A stretch of DNA of 64,000 bases from Treponemataceae bacterium (GTDB lineage: Bacteria > Spirochaetota > Spirochaetia > Treponematales > Rectinemataceae). Positions 1-10,202 of the stretch are shown here, one piece after another. Below the pieces are notes generated by a model. The model saw only the letters and a program-made list of their open reading frames with translations. It did not search any database and was not told the DNA's origin. The stretch spans positions 32,001 through 96,000 of the forward strand of contig CAXXGJ010000012.1 of assembly GCA_963677895.2 (NCBI GenBank), read 5' to 3'. Position 1 is the first letter of the stretch. The number at the start of each line of letters is the position of its first letter. A program made the translations under genes and the position numbers.

Positions 1-450
1 GCCGCCCTCGCAAATTCGCTGCCCGCCGGGGACGCGCCCGCTAGGTCCTCGGCCGCCGATTTGCCGCCCGCCGCAAACGGGATTCCCTCGCCCAAGTGGT
101 ACACCCCCTTGGCATGGCCGCTTCAGGTTCTCTTTCTGGATGGCTTTATCCGCTGGAAGGACAGAATGAAGGTGCTCGAGGAGCGTTGCTCAGGCTGCGA
201 CCTTTGCGTCCGCGAGTGCCATCGCGGCGCTTGGTGTCGTACAGGGACGGGATTGGAACACCGGGGAGAAACCTGCGATCTCTGCCTGCGCTGCGTCCAT
301 CATTGCCCCGGGCGGGCCATCGTCCTAAAGAAAGGGCTCAAGGACAACAGGCGCCTCGACGGGGCCCTGTACCGGGCTCTCTCGCGTGAAGCCGAGAAAG
401 CCTGCGAAGATGCCGCCAATGCGACAAAAAAAGTGAGGCAAGAACTATGA
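1..450 (+). CDS. C-terminal part of a 2x[4Fe-4S] ferredoxin-domain protein (probably EFR1-type flavodoxin-ferredoxin); runs off the left edge
   Basis: Two CxxCxxCxxxC motifs (CSGCDLCVREC, CDLCLRCVHHCP); frame is open from base 1 to the stop at 450. Confidence 0.7.
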   Translation, partial: AALANSLPAGDAPARSSAADLPPAANGIPSPKWYTPLAWPLQVLFLDGFIRWKDRMKVLEERCSGCDLCVRECHRGAWCRTGTGLEHRGETCDLCLRCVHHCPGRAIVLKKGLKDNRRLDGALYRALSREAEKACEDAANATKKVRQEL

Positions 451-1094
451 GCGACACAACGCTTCCAAAACGGATGGGAAGGCCGATCCGCAAATCAGGC
501 GAGCCCGCCACCAACGATAAAATCCTCGATGCCGCCATCCTTCTCTTTTCCGAGCGAGGCTACGAGGGCACGTCGATGAAGCAGATAGCCCAGGCTGTCA
601 GCCTGACGGAGAGCGCCATCTATCGCCATTTCAAGGGAAAAGAGGATCTCCTGTCGGAAATCATCGCCCTGACCGAGCGGGCGGTCACCCAGCCCATTTC
701 CGAAACGGGGGAGGGCGCCGTTGGCGCCTCGGTCTTCCGGAGGCTCTTCGAAGCGCCGGTGGAAGCCTTCGGCGCCGATCCCCGCGCCCTTCGAATGTGC
801 CGCATCTTCTTCACCGAGTGCCCGCGCAACGAAAGGATGCGGACATACCTCAAATATGCCATGGAGGAGATGGCGGACGTCGAAGTCCGTAAAATTCTCG
901 AAGAACAGATCAAGGAAGGCGCCGTCATTCCCTGCGACGCGGGGACCATAGCGCACCTGATCAACGTTATACGATACCAGTGGTGCTACCAGGTGGCGAT
1001 CCTGGACCGCGACGAGGCTTACGACATCGCGAAGAACAAGCAGGCCCTCGAACCCGTCGTCGAGTATTTCGAGCGGCTCTATTCACGCGGCTAG
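447..1094 (+). CDS. TetR/AcrR-family transcriptional regulator
   Basis: N-terminal HTH ILDAAILLFSERGYEGTSMKQIAQAVSLTESAIYRHFKGKEDL. Confidence 0.92.
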   Translation: MSDTTLPKRMGRPIRKSGEPATNDKILDAAILLFSERGYEGTSMKQIAQAVSLTESAIYRHFKGKEDLLSEIIALTERAVTQPISETGEGAVGASVFRRLFEAPVEAFGADPRALRMCRIFFTECPRNERMRTYLKYAMEEMADVEVRKILEEQIKEGAVIPCDAGTIAHLINVIRYQWCYQVAILDRDEAYDIAKNKQALEPVVEYFERLYSRG

Positions 1095-1109
1095 GACGAG
1101 GAGGAAACG

Positions 1110-1721
1110 ATGGATCACGCGTCTTTCGAGGAAAGGCTCGAACGGAATCCCCTTCGCGGCATGGTTCGCGAATATTTCGAGGTCAAACCGCTTCGGGAAA
1201 TCGCGGATCCCGGAAACATCGACCTGGCCTTGCATTATTGCTCGCGGAACGGCAAGGGAACGGAACTGATTCTCAAGTATTTCTCGCCAGGGAAAATAAA
1301 CGCCGTCGATCCCGACGAAGGTCTCGTCAGCATATCCCGGGAAACCTTGGCCGGCTTCCCCGTTGATATCGCCTCAGGTTCGCTGACCAAGCTCGGCTAC
1401 CGCGACGCTGGCTTCGACGCCGTCTTCGTCCTCGGGGAACTGCACAACTATCCCGAATGGAGGGACTGCGTGGGTGAAATAGCCCGGGTCACGAAGCCCG
1501 GTGGCTTCTTTTTCATAGAGGAGTTGTCCGCCGAGTCCTTCGAGTACGCCCTGGGCAGATACTTCAGGGCAAAAACCGATCACCAGTACGACGCGATGCT
1601 CCGTCTGGAAGAGTTCCGCGACGCCGTCGAGGCCGCGGGCTTCGAGATACTGCGGCTTCAAAAGCGGAAACCCTTCGGCCTCTTTTCCTATTTCGTCATG
1701 GCGGCGAGGAAGCGCCTTTGA
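1110..1721 (+). CDS. Class I SAM-dependent methyltransferase-like protein
   Basis: Motifs FDAVFVLGELH and IARVTKPGGFFFI; motif I is divergent (HYCSRNGKG); RBS GAGGAGG upstream. Confidence 0.75.
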   Translation: MDHASFEERLERNPLRGMVREYFEVKPLREIADPGNIDLALHYCSRNGKGTELILKYFSPGKINAVDPDEGLVSISRETLAGFPVDIASGSLTKLGYRDAGFDAVFVLGELHNYPEWRDCVGEIARVTKPGGFFFIEELSAESFEYALGRYFRAKTDHQYDAMLRLEEFRDAVEAAGFEILRLQKRKPFGLFSYFVMAARKRL

Positions 1722-2205
1722 CGATATCGACGATGCCCTGAACTATGAATTTCAGCGAATAGAGACCCATGACGGCCGATGAAATAGGCATGCAGGCGTA
1801 GATGATTTTTCTGGGGAATTCGAACACCGCCGTCACCTCGATGGACCGGTTGTACAGCTGCCTGGAATACCAGAAGAACACCGCGATGAAGGCGAAAGAG
1901 ATGAGGTCGACGACGAGGCGGTAGGCCGCGCGCGCCCTTGGGTTCTTGAGCAGCTTGCCGATCCAGTCGCCCGCGCTGAAATGCCCCTTCAGGATCCAGA
2001 CCGCGGCCGATCCGAAGAAAACCATCCACGCGAAGGACAGCTCAACGATCTCGTCCAGCCAGTGCAAGGATACGATGGGCACGTAGCGGACGAAGACGTT
2101 GGCCGTAATGATGAGGGTGAGAATGACGAAGAGCGTCACCGATATCCATTTGAAAACAAACAGGAATATCGCGTCGATCCTGTCGAATACTGCCTTGGCC
2201 TTCAT
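1696..2205 (-). CDS. TRAP transporter small permease (DctQ)
   Basis: Start reassigned to MKAKAVFDRID, overlapping the DctM stop; NVFVRYV...WLDEIVELSFAWMVFFGSA; four hydrophobic segments. Confidence 0.88.
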   Translation of the reverse strand: MKAKAVFDRIDAIFLFVFKWISVTLFVILTLIITANVFVRYVPIVSLHWLDEIVELSFAWMVFFGSAAVWILKGHFSAGDWIGKLLKNPRARAAYRLVVDLISFAFIAVFFWYSRQLYNRSIEVTAVFEFPRKIIYACMPISSAVMGLYSLKFIVQGIVDIVKGASSPP

Positions 2206-3491
2206 TTCACCACCCCCATGATAAGATTGGGCAGGCAGGTGGAGATCGCCGGCACATAGGCGATGATGACCGTGACGATGAATATGCCGAGGATGTAGGG
2301 CAGGCATTCCTTGGACAGTTCGCCGATGCCAATCTTCGTGAAACTGGACACCGCGTACAGGCACATGCCTACCGGTGGGGTCAGGTTCCCAATCATGATG
2401 AGAAGGGTCATCACCACGCCGAAATTGACTAGGTCGAAGCCGTACTGCATGGCGATCGGGATGAATATGGGGATCGTGATGAGGAAAATGGCGTTCCCTT
2501 CCATAAAGAGCCCCAGGATGATGATGACCACGATGAACATGGCCATGACGCCCGGGCCGGTGACGCTCAACCCGGTGAGCGTCGCGATGATGTTGTCGGG
2601 GATGCGCTGGTAGATGAGGAACCAGCCGAAGAAGTTGGCCGCCGCCATGATGAAGAGGAGGGCTACTGACTGCTTGATTGAAGCCCAGAAAAGCTCCGGA
2701 AGATCCTTGAACTTCAGTTCCTTGTAGAGGAAGCCCAGAAAGAGGGCGTAGAGGCAGGCGATGACGGCCGCTTCCGTCGGGGTGAAGATGCCGCTGAAGA
2801 TGCCGCCGAGTATGATGACTATGGATAAAAGCGAGAGGAAGGATTCCTTGGTGGCTGTCCAGATTTCCTTGCGGTTGGCCTTGGGATAGCGGGGAAAGCC
2901 GCGGGGCTTGGCCATCAGGCCGATGGCGAGCATTATGGCCCCGCCCATCAGGGCGCCGGGAAGGAAGCCGGCCAGGAAAAGTCGGGGCACCGACACCGAG
3001 GTGAGGGCGCCGTAGAGCACGAAGGAGATGGAAGGCGGAATGATGGGGCCGAGGGTGGATGAGGAAGCCACGATGGCGGCCGCCACAGGCTTGCTGTACC
3101 CGTTGTCCGTCATTGCTTTGTAGGATACCTGCCCCAGCCCCGCCGCGTCGGCCACTGCAGAGCCCGATATGCCCGAGAAGAGCATTTCGGCGACCACCGA
3201 AACATGGCCCAGGCCGCCTGGGATGTGACCTACGAAGGCCTTCGCGAACCTGAAAATCCGGTTCGTGACGCCGCCCGTGTTCATGAGATTTCCCGCCAGG
3301 ATGAAGAAGGGCACGGCGAGGAGGGTAAATCCCGTGGTGCCGGCATGCATCCTCTGGGGCAGGAGGGCGAGGAACTGACCTTGCCCCTGCCCAACGAAGA
3401 AAGCCACCGCTGTCAGGCCGATGGCCACCACGATGGGCAGGTCGATCAGGATGAAGATGAGAAGGACGAGGAATACCGATACGGTGGCCAT
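2202..3491 (-). CDS. TRAP transporter large permease (DctM)
   Basis: LLAVPFFILAGNLM, SGISGSAVADAA, GPIIPPSI, FTPTEAA, TPPVG motifs. Confidence 0.95.
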   Translation of the reverse strand: MATVSVFLVLLIFILIDLPIVVAIGLTAVAFFVGQGQGQFLALLPQRMHAGTTGFTLLAVPFFILAGNLMNTGGVTNRIFRFAKAFVGHIPGGLGHVSVVAEMLFSGISGSAVADAAGLGQVSYKAMTDNGYSKPVAAAIVASSSTLGPIIPPSISFVLYGALTSVSVPRLFLAGFLPGALMGGAIMLAIGLMAKPRGFPRYPKANRKEIWTATKESFLSLLSIVIILGGIFSGIFTPTEAAVIACLYALFLGFLYKELKFKDLPELFWASIKQSVALLFIMAAANFFGWFLIYQRIPDNIIATLTGLSVTGPGVMAMFIVVIIILGLFMEGNAIFLITIPIFIPIAMQYGFDLVNFGVVMTLLIMIGNLTPPVGMCLYAVSSFTKIGIGELSKECLPYILGIFIVTVIIAYVPAISTCLPNLIMGVVK

Positions 3492-4474
3492 TATTTTGAC
3501 TTAGCCAGCATCGACTGGAAGGCTTTCCAGTCCGCGTCGCTCACCTTGGACTTCAAGGTGTCCCACACGGAGGTCGTCGCCGCCTGGAAGGGCGTGGTGT
3601 CGGGCGAGTTGACTTCCATACCGTTTTTCACCATCTCCTCGATCTGCGCTTTTTCACCGTCCCTGATGGTCTTCTGCATGAACTGCCCGGCTTTCACGGC
3701 TTCCTCGAAGAGGATCTTCTGCTGATTAGCCGAGAGCTTGCTGAAGGATGCTTTGTTCATGATCAGGTGCGTGGCGACATAGGTGTAGTTGAGGATGGAG
3801 AGATACTTCTGCGTTTCCCACATCTTGCCGGCGTAGATGGTGGCGATGGGGTTTTCCTGCCCGTCCACGACGCCCTGTTTCAGCGCCATCGGCAACTCGG
3901 CGAAGGCTATCGTCTGCACGATTCCGCCCAAGGCTTTCACGGTTTCCTGGTTGACGAAATCGGGAGGCGTGCGGATCTTCAAGCCCCTGAAGTCTTCCGG
4001 CTTGGCGATCGGCCGCTTGGAGTTCGTGTAGGTACGGAATCCATATTCCCAGCGAGCGATGTACTGGAGGCCGGCCTTGTCCAGATCCGGCTTGATCCAG
4101 TTGACGAAGTCCTCTCCCGCGAAGAATTTATCCACCGAAGCGTAGTTCTTGAACGCGAAGGGCCCGGTGATGAGGTTGACCTTGGGCGACCACTTGGCTA
4201 GGGCAGGCTCCGTAGGCAGCACGAAGTCGATGGCGCCGAGGATGGTCTGCTCGACCATCTCCTGCGAACTTCCCAGCTTGCTGTTGGGGAAGATGTCGAT
4301 TTTTACGGTGCCGTTGCTGCGCTTGGCGACATTCTCCGCGAGCATGACGGACGCGAGATGCATGGCGTGCGTTTCCGCGGAGTAATGGCCGAGCTTGAGG
4401 ACGACCGTTTTATCCTGAGCGAAGGCCGAAGTCGATACGACGATCATGAGCATCACGAGAGCTAGCCTTTTCAT
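3491..4474 (-). CDS. TRAP transporter substrate-binding protein (DctP)
   Basis: Signal peptide MKRLALVML after a GGAGG RBS; FPNSKLG, GLKIRTP, ALKQGVVDGQENP. Confidence 0.95.
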   Translation of the reverse strand: MKRLALVMLMIVVSTSAFAQDKTVVLKLGHYSAETHAMHLASVMLAENVAKRSNGTVKIDIFPNSKLGSSQEMVEQTILGAIDFVLPTEPALAKWSPKVNLITGPFAFKNYASVDKFFAGEDFVNWIKPDLDKAGLQYIARWEYGFRTYTNSKRPIAKPEDFRGLKIRTPPDFVNQETVKALGGIVQTIAFAELPMALKQGVVDGQENPIATIYAGKMWETQKYLSILNYTYVATHLIMNKASFSKLSANQQKILFEEAVKAGQFMQKTIRDGEKAQIEEMVKNGMEVNSPDTTPFQAATTSVWDTLKSKVSDADWKAFQSMLAKSK

Positions 4475-4499
4475 ACTACCTCCTTTTTTACAGTCGTCG

Positions 4500-4565
4500 T
4501 GTTCCATAATGTGGAACACGATTCCAAATACGACTCAGTGTAAACCCGCTATTTTGGTATTGCAA
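4500..4565 (-). promoter_or_regulatory. Sigma70-type promoter and downstream palindromic operator for the first TRAP operon
   Basis: Minus strand TTGCAA(4565-4560)-N17-TACACT(4542-4537); palindrome TGTTCCA-N5-TGGAACA at 4500-4518. Confidence 0.55.
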
Positions 4566-4732
4566 GCATGATTAATTGAATAATGCAATTTTTATTGAAA
4601 ATGAGCGATTTCCCGGGAAGAACCTGACTGACCGCGGGTGGCTTGCCGTTTGGCCCGCAAAACTGCTACTATCATTGAAATATCCACGCTGTAGCGCGCG
4701 AAACCTTTTCCAGACAATCCGGAGCGAAGCAA

Positions 4733-7165
4733 ATGGCGAAGTATCCTTTTGACAGCATCGAAAAAAAATGGCAGAAGCGCTGGGAGGAAGATAAAACCTT
4801 CGCGGCGGCCGAAGATCCCTCGTTTCCCAAGGAAAAGCGCCGCTATGTTCTCGATATGTTCCCCTATCCCTCGGGCGCCGGCCTCCATGTAGGTCACCCC
4901 GAAGGCTATACCGCCACCGATATATACTGCCGTTTCCTGCGCATGAACGGCTTCAATGTCCTGCATCCGATGGGCTTCGACGCCTTCGGCCTGCCCGCCG
5001 AAAACTACGCCATCCAGACGGGCACCCATCCCGAAGTGACGACGATGGCCAACGTCGAGCGCTTCCGGACCCAGATCAAGTCCCTGGGCTTTTCCTACGA
5101 CTGGGACCGCGAAGTCTCGACCTGCCTGCCCGACTACTACAAGTGGACCCAGTGGATATTCCTGCAGCTCTTCAATAAAGGCCTCGCCTACGAGTCGGAA
5201 ATGCCCATCAACTGGTGCCCTTCCTGCAAGACCGGACTCGCCAACGAGGAAGTCAAGGACGGGGAGTGCGAGCGCTGCCACACCAAAGTGACGCGCAAGC
5301 GGATCCGCCAGTGGGTGCTCAAGATCACCGCCTACGCCGACCGCCTCCTCGAAGGCCTCGATACCCTCGACTGGCCCGAGCCGATAAAGATCCAGCAGCG
5401 GAACTGGATCGGCCGTTCCGAGGGCGCATCCGTCCTCTTCGACCTGGACGGCCACGACGAAAAACTGGAAATTTACACGACCCGGCCCGACACCCTCTTC
5501 GGCGCCACCTATATGGTCCTTTCGCCCGAGCATCCTTTCGTCGAGCGCATCACGACGCCCGGACAGAAGGCCGCCGTCGACGCCTATGTCGAGGCAGCCG
5601 CCCGCAAGAGCGACCTGGAGCGCACCGACCTGGCCAAGGAAAAGACCGGCGTCTTCACCGGCGCCTACGCCATCAACCCCGTGAACGGCGAGAAGATACC
5701 CGTCTGGATTTCGGACTACGTTCTCATCTCCTACGGAACCGGCGCCATCATGGCCGTCCCCGCCCACGACGAGCGCGACTGGGACTTCGCCAAGGTTTTC
5801 GGCCTGCCTATCATACAGGTGGTGGCCGCGGCCGGCGAAACCGGTCCCTTCGACCGCGAGCCCGCGGAATGCGCGGCCGCAGACGGTTTCGCCGTCAATT
5901 CGGGTGCTTTCACCGGCCTGCCCACGCCCGAGGCCATCAAGCAAATAACCGCCTGGCTCGAAGAACGCGGCATCGGCAAGAAGGCGATCAACTACAAACT
6001 TCGCGACTGGCTCTTCAGCCGCCAGCGCTACTGGGGCGAACCCATCCCCGTCGTGCACTGCAAGAAATGCGGCATCGTCCCCCTGGACGAAAAAGATTTG
6101 CCCCTCCTCCTGCCCGAAGTGAAGAGCTACACGCCCACCGGCACGGGTGAATCGCCCCTGGCGAATATTCCCGAATGGGTGAACACCACCTGCCCGCACT
6201 GCGGCGGTCCCGCCAAGCGCGAGACCAACACCATGCCCCAGTGGGCCGGCTCCTGCTGGTACTACCTGCGCTTCCTCGACCCAAAGAACGAAAAGGCCTT
6301 CGTCGATCCCAAGATCGAAAAATACTGGATGCCCGTCGACCTCTACGTGGGCGGCGCCGAGCACGCGGTGCTCCACCTCCTCTACAGCCGCTTCTGGCAC
6401 AAGGTCTTGTACGATATCGGCGTCGTCAGCACGGACGAACCCTTCCAGCGCCTCATCAACCAGGGCATGATCCTCGGCGAGGACAACCAGAAGATGTCCA
6501 AGAGCCGCGGCAACGTCGTCAATCCCGACGATATCGTCGCCGAGTTCGGCGCGGATACGATGCGCGTCTACGAGATGTTCATGGGCCCCCTGCAGGTCTC
6601 CAAACCCTGGTCGACCGCCGGTCTCGTGGGCGTCAGCCGCTTCCTCGAGCGCGCCTGGGCCACATCGGAGAAGCCGATGACCGACTCGGCGCCTTCGGAA
6701 GACCTTTTAAAGCTTCTCCACAAGACCATCAAGAAGGTGACGGTGGACACCGATACGCTCAACTTCAACACCGCCATTTCGCAGATGATGATCTTTCTCA
6801 ACGACGTATCGAAACTCGACACGGTGCCGCGTGCCCTGTGGGAACCCTTCGTCCTCATGGTCGCGCCCTACGCCCCCCACGTCGGCGAGGAGATGTGGGA
6901 GCGTCTGGGCAACAAGGACAGCGTTGCCCGCGCGACTTGGCCCCTCTTCGACGAAGCCCTGACCCTCGATGAGCAGAAAGAGGTCGTCGTCCAGGTGAAT
7001 GGAAAAATACGCGAGAGGATTACGGTGGCGGCGGGCACCGACGCGGCCGCCCTCGAGGCGAGCGCCAGGGCTCTGCCCAAGATCATCGAGTGGATCGGCG
7101 GCAGACAGATCGCCAAGGTCATCGTGGTCAAGGATAAGCTCGTGAATATCGTCGTGAAAGACTGA
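4733..7165 (+). CDS. leuS: Leucyl-tRNA synthetase
   Basis: [14 protein letters not shown] (HIGH motif), KMSKS, CP1 editing domain TTRPDT...[12 protein letters not shown]. Confidence 0.99.
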   Translation: MAKYPFDSIEKKWQKRWEEDKTFAAAEDPSFPKEKRRYVLDMFPYPSGAGLHVGHPEGYTATDIYCRFLRMNGFNVLHPMGFDAFGLPAENYAIQTGTHPEVTTMANVERFRTQIKSLGFSYDWDREVSTCLPDYYKWTQWIFLQLFNKGLAYESEMPINWCPSCKTGLANEEVKDGECERCHTKVTRKRIRQWVLKITAYADRLLEGLDTLDWPEPIKIQQRNWIGRSEGASVLFDLDGHDEKLEIYTTRPDTLFGATYMVLSPEHPFVERITTPGQKAAVDAYVEAAARKSDLERTDLAKEKTGVFTGAYAINPVNGEKIPVWISDYVLISYGTGAIMAVPAHDERDWDFAKVFGLPIIQVVAAAGETGPFDREPAECAAADGFAVNSGAFTGLPTPEAIKQITAWLEERGIGKKAINYKLRDWLFSRQRYWGEPIPVVHCKKCGIVPLDEKDLPLLLPEVKSYTPTGTGESPLANIPEWVNTTCPHCGGPAKRETNTMPQWAGSCWYYLRFLDPKNEKAFVDPKIEKYWMPVDLYVGGAEHAVLHLLYSRFWHKVLYDIGVVSTDEPFQRLINQGMILGEDNQKMSKSRGNVVNPDDIVAEFGADTMRVYEMFMGPLQVSKPWSTAGLVGVSRFLERAWATSEKPMTDSAPSEDLLKLLHKTIKKVTVDTDTLNFNTAISQMMIFLNDVSKLDTVPRALWEPFVLMVAPYAPHVGEEMWERLGNKDSVARATWPLFDEALTLDEQKEVVVQVNGKIRERITVAAGTDAAALEASARALPKIIEWIGGRQIAKVIVVKDKLVNIVVKD

Positions 7166-7189
7166 AAACGGCGAGAACCCTGGAAATTT

Positions 7190-7219
7190 AAAAAGCCGCC
7201 CTTTCCGGGGCGGCTTTTT
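7190..7219. terminator. Bidirectional intrinsic terminator between convergent leuS and the TetR gene
   Basis: AAAAAGCCGCCC-TTTCCG-GGGCGGCTTTTT: GC stem with A/T tracts on both sides. Confidence 0.9.
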
Positions 7220-7241
7220 CGTCATCGAGCGATAGAAAGCG

Positions 7242-7841
7242 CTAGCGGATGTACTGTTCGTCCCGCTGGAGGAGACCGTCGTACGCGCGCCCGATGAGGG
7301 CGGGATAACGCTCGGCCGTCATCCCTATCCTGCCGTCGAGGACATTTTTGACGAGAGCGTTCATCAGGACCAGGAACATGTAGATGTCGTTGAGGATATC
7401 CTGCTTCCTGGATTCGTCATGGATGCGCGGCATGAGCGATTGACTCAAGCCGCGATAACGCTCGGCGATATTGCCGCCGGCGATAAATGGGGCGACGGCC
7501 GATCCGAACAGGAAACGATAAAGATTGGGACGCGCCATGCCGAAGGCCAGCATGTGATCGGACAGGACCAGATATTGGCGCAGGGGATTGAGGACGCCTG
7601 CCTGGCCGCCGCCGTCCATTTTTTCCTGCAAGCCTGTCCAGAGTTCGTCGAGTCCCTGCTTTACGACATCCTTGAGGATGGCATCCCGGTTTTCGTAATA
7701 GTTATACAAGGTCATGGGCGATACCTGGAGCTTGGCGGAAATGCTTCGCGTCGAAAGTTTGTCATAGCCTAGCTCTTCGATTATCCGCATCGCGGCGTTT
7801 ACGACAATGGAAACATCATCGATTTTCTTTTCTCTGCTCAC
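7242..7841 (-). CDS. TetR/AcrR-family transcriptional regulator
   Basis: HTH GYDKLSTRSISAKLQVSPMTLYNYYENRDAIL. Confidence 0.9.
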   Translation of the reverse strand: MSREKKIDDVSIVVNAAMRIIEELGYDKLSTRSISAKLQVSPMTLYNYYENRDAILKDVVKQGLDELWTGLQEKMDGGGQAGVLNPLRQYLVLSDHMLAFGMARPNLYRFLFGSAVAPFIAGGNIAERYRGLSQSLMPRIHDESRKQDILNDIYMFLVLMNALVKNVLDGRIGMTAERYPALIGRAYDGLLQRDEQYIR

Positions 7842-7893
7842 GGCCCTACCTCATGGCATAATCATCTTGATTTTGCGGGATGAGGTCAACGGA

Positions 7894-9252
7894 TCAAGGC
7901 GTCAGGGCGAGATATATCGCTAGAGTCCAGGCAAGGATGGATACCGCGGCCAGAATGACGAGACCTTTTCGGCGCGTGGCGGGATCGCCCGGCGCCTCGG
8001 AATGGATTTCGGCCTGCGTTTCGGTGCTTTCCCATACTTTCGTCATCAGCGCGTCGGCGTCCTGGGCCAGGGCGGCGGGACGTATTTTCCCCTTGTACTC
8101 GATGATCCTGTCGTAATAGGTGAAGGCCGCCGCCACGATCCGTCCTATCCGTCCGGGAAGCTTGAGTCCCGACATGATAGCGGCCTTGGAAAGAAACATG
8201 AGCCCCTCGAAGGTGAGAGCTTTTTCGATGCCTTCGAGAAGGGCGCCTTGGGTGACGCGCCATCCGAAAATCGTCGCGAGGACGCGTCCCGACGGCACGA
8301 TGAGGTTCGCCGCGACGATTCCCAGCGACACCGAAAGGGTGACGAGGAGGGAAAAACGTTTTCCCATCGCCCAGGTGGCGAGGACGAAGAGGCAGAGCAT
8401 GATGACTTGGGGGATTATCCCTTTCATGCCGAGGAATGCCAGCATCACCGCGAGACCGGCCAGCGCGAGGGCGCCCGGCGAAAAAAGGGCTTCCGCCTTT
8501 TCCCTGCGGACTCTTCTCGCGGCGGCGGCTTTTTCCTTTCTTTTATTTTTTACCGCCGTCCCGGTTTTGAAGACCCGGAGGAATGCGGCTTTTGCGGACC
8601 GATTTTTCCCTTCGCCCGCGGCGGCCGCCGCGGTTTCGGGCAAGAAGCCTTCTGCCGGCGCGGGGAGGCCGGCGGCCTTGGCGTACCACGTGGATACGCG
8701 GGCGAAATGTTCGGCGAAGAGGCCGAGGGCGCCGCCGGTGATCAGTCCCATGGCGAGGAAAAGCGGGGCGATGAGCCAGGCCGTCTCCCTGAACACGAGG
8801 AAGCGCGCTATGAGAACCTGGGCAGCGTTCGAAACCATGGCGCCCACGACGGAAACGCCTATCTGGCTGACGAGGCGGCCGCCCGCGCGCCGCATGGTCC
8901 ACATGGCGAGGGCCGCGGCCAGCGTGCCGAAAAGGGAGAAAAGCGCGATGTAGGAAAAAAGCGTGCCCGATATCAGGCTCATTCCGATGACTTTGACCGC
9001 CGCCAGCACGAGGAACCAGCGGAAAGGCAGAATATCCACGGCGAGCAGGATGGGCAGGTTGGCGATGCCGAGCCTCATAAAAGGCAGAGGCTTGGGCAGC
9101 ATGTACTCTATGGCCGAGAGGAAAAAGCAGAAAGCGCCCAGGAGGGCGGTCACATCCGCCTTGTCGGAAAAGCGCTCCGTGGGCCGCTCGGTCGGCTGCG
9201 CCTCAAGGCTCTTGGTGGGCCTTTCGGCGGATCGATCAGTAGACCGCTGCAT
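7894..9252 (-). CDS. Gx transporter (heptaprenyl-PP synthase component I family) with an additional C-terminal membrane domain
   Basis: Start MQRSTD at 9252; LSAIEYMLPKPLPFMRLGIANL and SQIGVSVVGAMVSNAAQ; follows a NusG-II gene. Confidence 0.8.
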   Translation of the reverse strand: MQRSTDRSAERPTKSLEAQPTERPTERFSDKADVTALLGAFCFFLSAIEYMLPKPLPFMRLGIANLPILLAVDILPFRWFLVLAAVKVIGMSLISGTLFSYIALFSLFGTLAAALAMWTMRRAGGRLVSQIGVSVVGAMVSNAAQVLIARFLVFRETAWLIAPLFLAMGLITGGALGLFAEHFARVSTWYAKAAGLPAPAEGFLPETAAAAAGEGKNRSAKAAFLRVFKTGTAVKNKRKEKAAAARRVRREKAEALFSPGALALAGLAVMLAFLGMKGIIPQVIMLCLFVLATWAMGKRFSLLVTLSVSLGIVAANLIVPSGRVLATIFGWRVTQGALLEGIEKALTFEGLMFLSKAAIMSGLKLPGRIGRIVAAAFTYYDRIIEYKGKIRPAALAQDADALMTKVWESTETQAEIHSEAPGDPATRRKGLVILAAVSILAWTLAIYLALTP

Positions 9253-9619
9253 CGGGGAGCTCTCCTGAATTGTCGCTGCCCTCGATATGGACGAAGACAC
9301 TGTTGGGCAGGCAGGCGAGCCATTGATTGACGGCGCCAATGTCGCCCGCGGCCACGCATGTCTGGTTGGGGCAGGGGGAAGAAGCGATGTGTACGTGATT
9401 CCCTTCGATATGGATCCATGTCGAGCCGAGAGGGCCCGGCACCTCGATATCGCCGTTCTTGTCCAGAGGCTGAATCCATTCGCCCGATTCGCCGGAAACA
9501 TAGACCATGAGGCGTCCTTTGCTTTCGGTGTAAACGAGGGCGGACACGACGAAAACCGCCGCGAGCCCAAGCAGGACCGCGGCGATGTCGAGAATTTTTG
9601 GTTTGAACGCTGACTTCAC
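9236..9619 (-). CDS. NusG domain II-containing membrane-anchored protein
   Basis: Probable GTG start at 9619; N-terminal TM helix then GPLG...SSPCPNQTCV...ACLPNSV. Confidence 0.82.
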   Translation of the reverse strand: MKSAFKPKILDIAAVLLGLAAVFVVSALVYTESKGRLMVYVSGESGEWIQPLDKNGDIEVPGPLGSTWIHIEGNHVHIASSPCPNQTCVAAGDIGAVNQWLACLPNSVFVHIEGSDNSGELPDAAVY

Positions 9620-9629
9620 GGGAAAAGAA

Positions 9630-10202
9630 TCAGTCGCCGCAGCCACATCCGCAGCTGCCTTCGCAAGCCTCGTCGCTGCAGCCGTCTTCGCAACCGTCTT
9701 CGCAGTCGCAATCGCATTCGTCGTCGCAGCCGCAGCCTTCAACATGCACGTGACCGTGATGGAGCTCTTCTTCGGTGGCCTCGCGGATATTGAGCACCTT
9801 CACGTCGAAATGAAGGGTTTCTCCCGCGAGAGGATGATTGGCGTCGATGGTGACTTCATCGCCGGCTATATCGACGACGGTGACGATCTGGGAGCCGTCA
9901 TCGCCATGGGCCTCAAACTGCATTCCGGGGGACACTTCGACGTTCTCGCCGAAGTCTTTCTTCGCGACTTTGAAGACGAGGCTTTCGTCCCTTTCGCCAT
10001 AGGCTTCGACCGCCGGAACGACGCAGGCGACGCTGTCGCCGACAACCTTCCCTTCGAGATGCTTTTCCAGGCCCGGTATGATGTTATCGTTGCCGTGGAG
10101 ATAGATCAGGGGTTCGCTTCCGTTGGACGAATCCAAGAGCTTCCCAGCGGCGTCACGGAGACTATAGTCAATAGTGACGACCTTGTCTTTCTTAATATCC
10201 AT
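9630..10202 (-). CDS. slyD: FKBP-type peptidyl-prolyl isomerase SlyD
   Basis: YLHGNDNIIPGLEKHL, DANHPLAGETLHFDVKV, REATEEELHHGHVH plus Cys/acidic tail. Confidence 0.95.
   Translation of the reverse strand: MDIKKDKVVTIDYSLRDAAGKLLDSSNGSEPLIYLHGNDNIIPGLEKHLEGKVVGDSVACVVPAVEAYGERDESLVFKVAKKDFGENVEVSPGMQFEAHGDDGSQIVTVVDIAGDEVTIDANHPLAGETLHFDVKVLNIREATEEELHHGHVHVEGCGCDDECDCDCEDGCEDGCSDEACEGSCGCGCGD

Noticed and set aside
4570..4732. T-box riboswitch upstream of leuS
   Set aside because: No T-box consensus or terminator/antiterminator visible, and the leader is short.
4592..6400. 602-aa minus-strand ORF opposite leuS, and similar long shadow ORFs (8002-9330, 11998-13668, 38298-39602, 45249-46904)
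   Set aside because: They overlap well-supported genes, carry no recognisable motifs, and are expected from high-GC codon bias.
9620..9745. Ala/Thr-rich N-terminal extension of the 9236-9745 ORF
   Set aside because: It is an alternative-frame reading of the repetitive slyD tail; the NusG-II gene more plausibly starts at the GTG at 9619.
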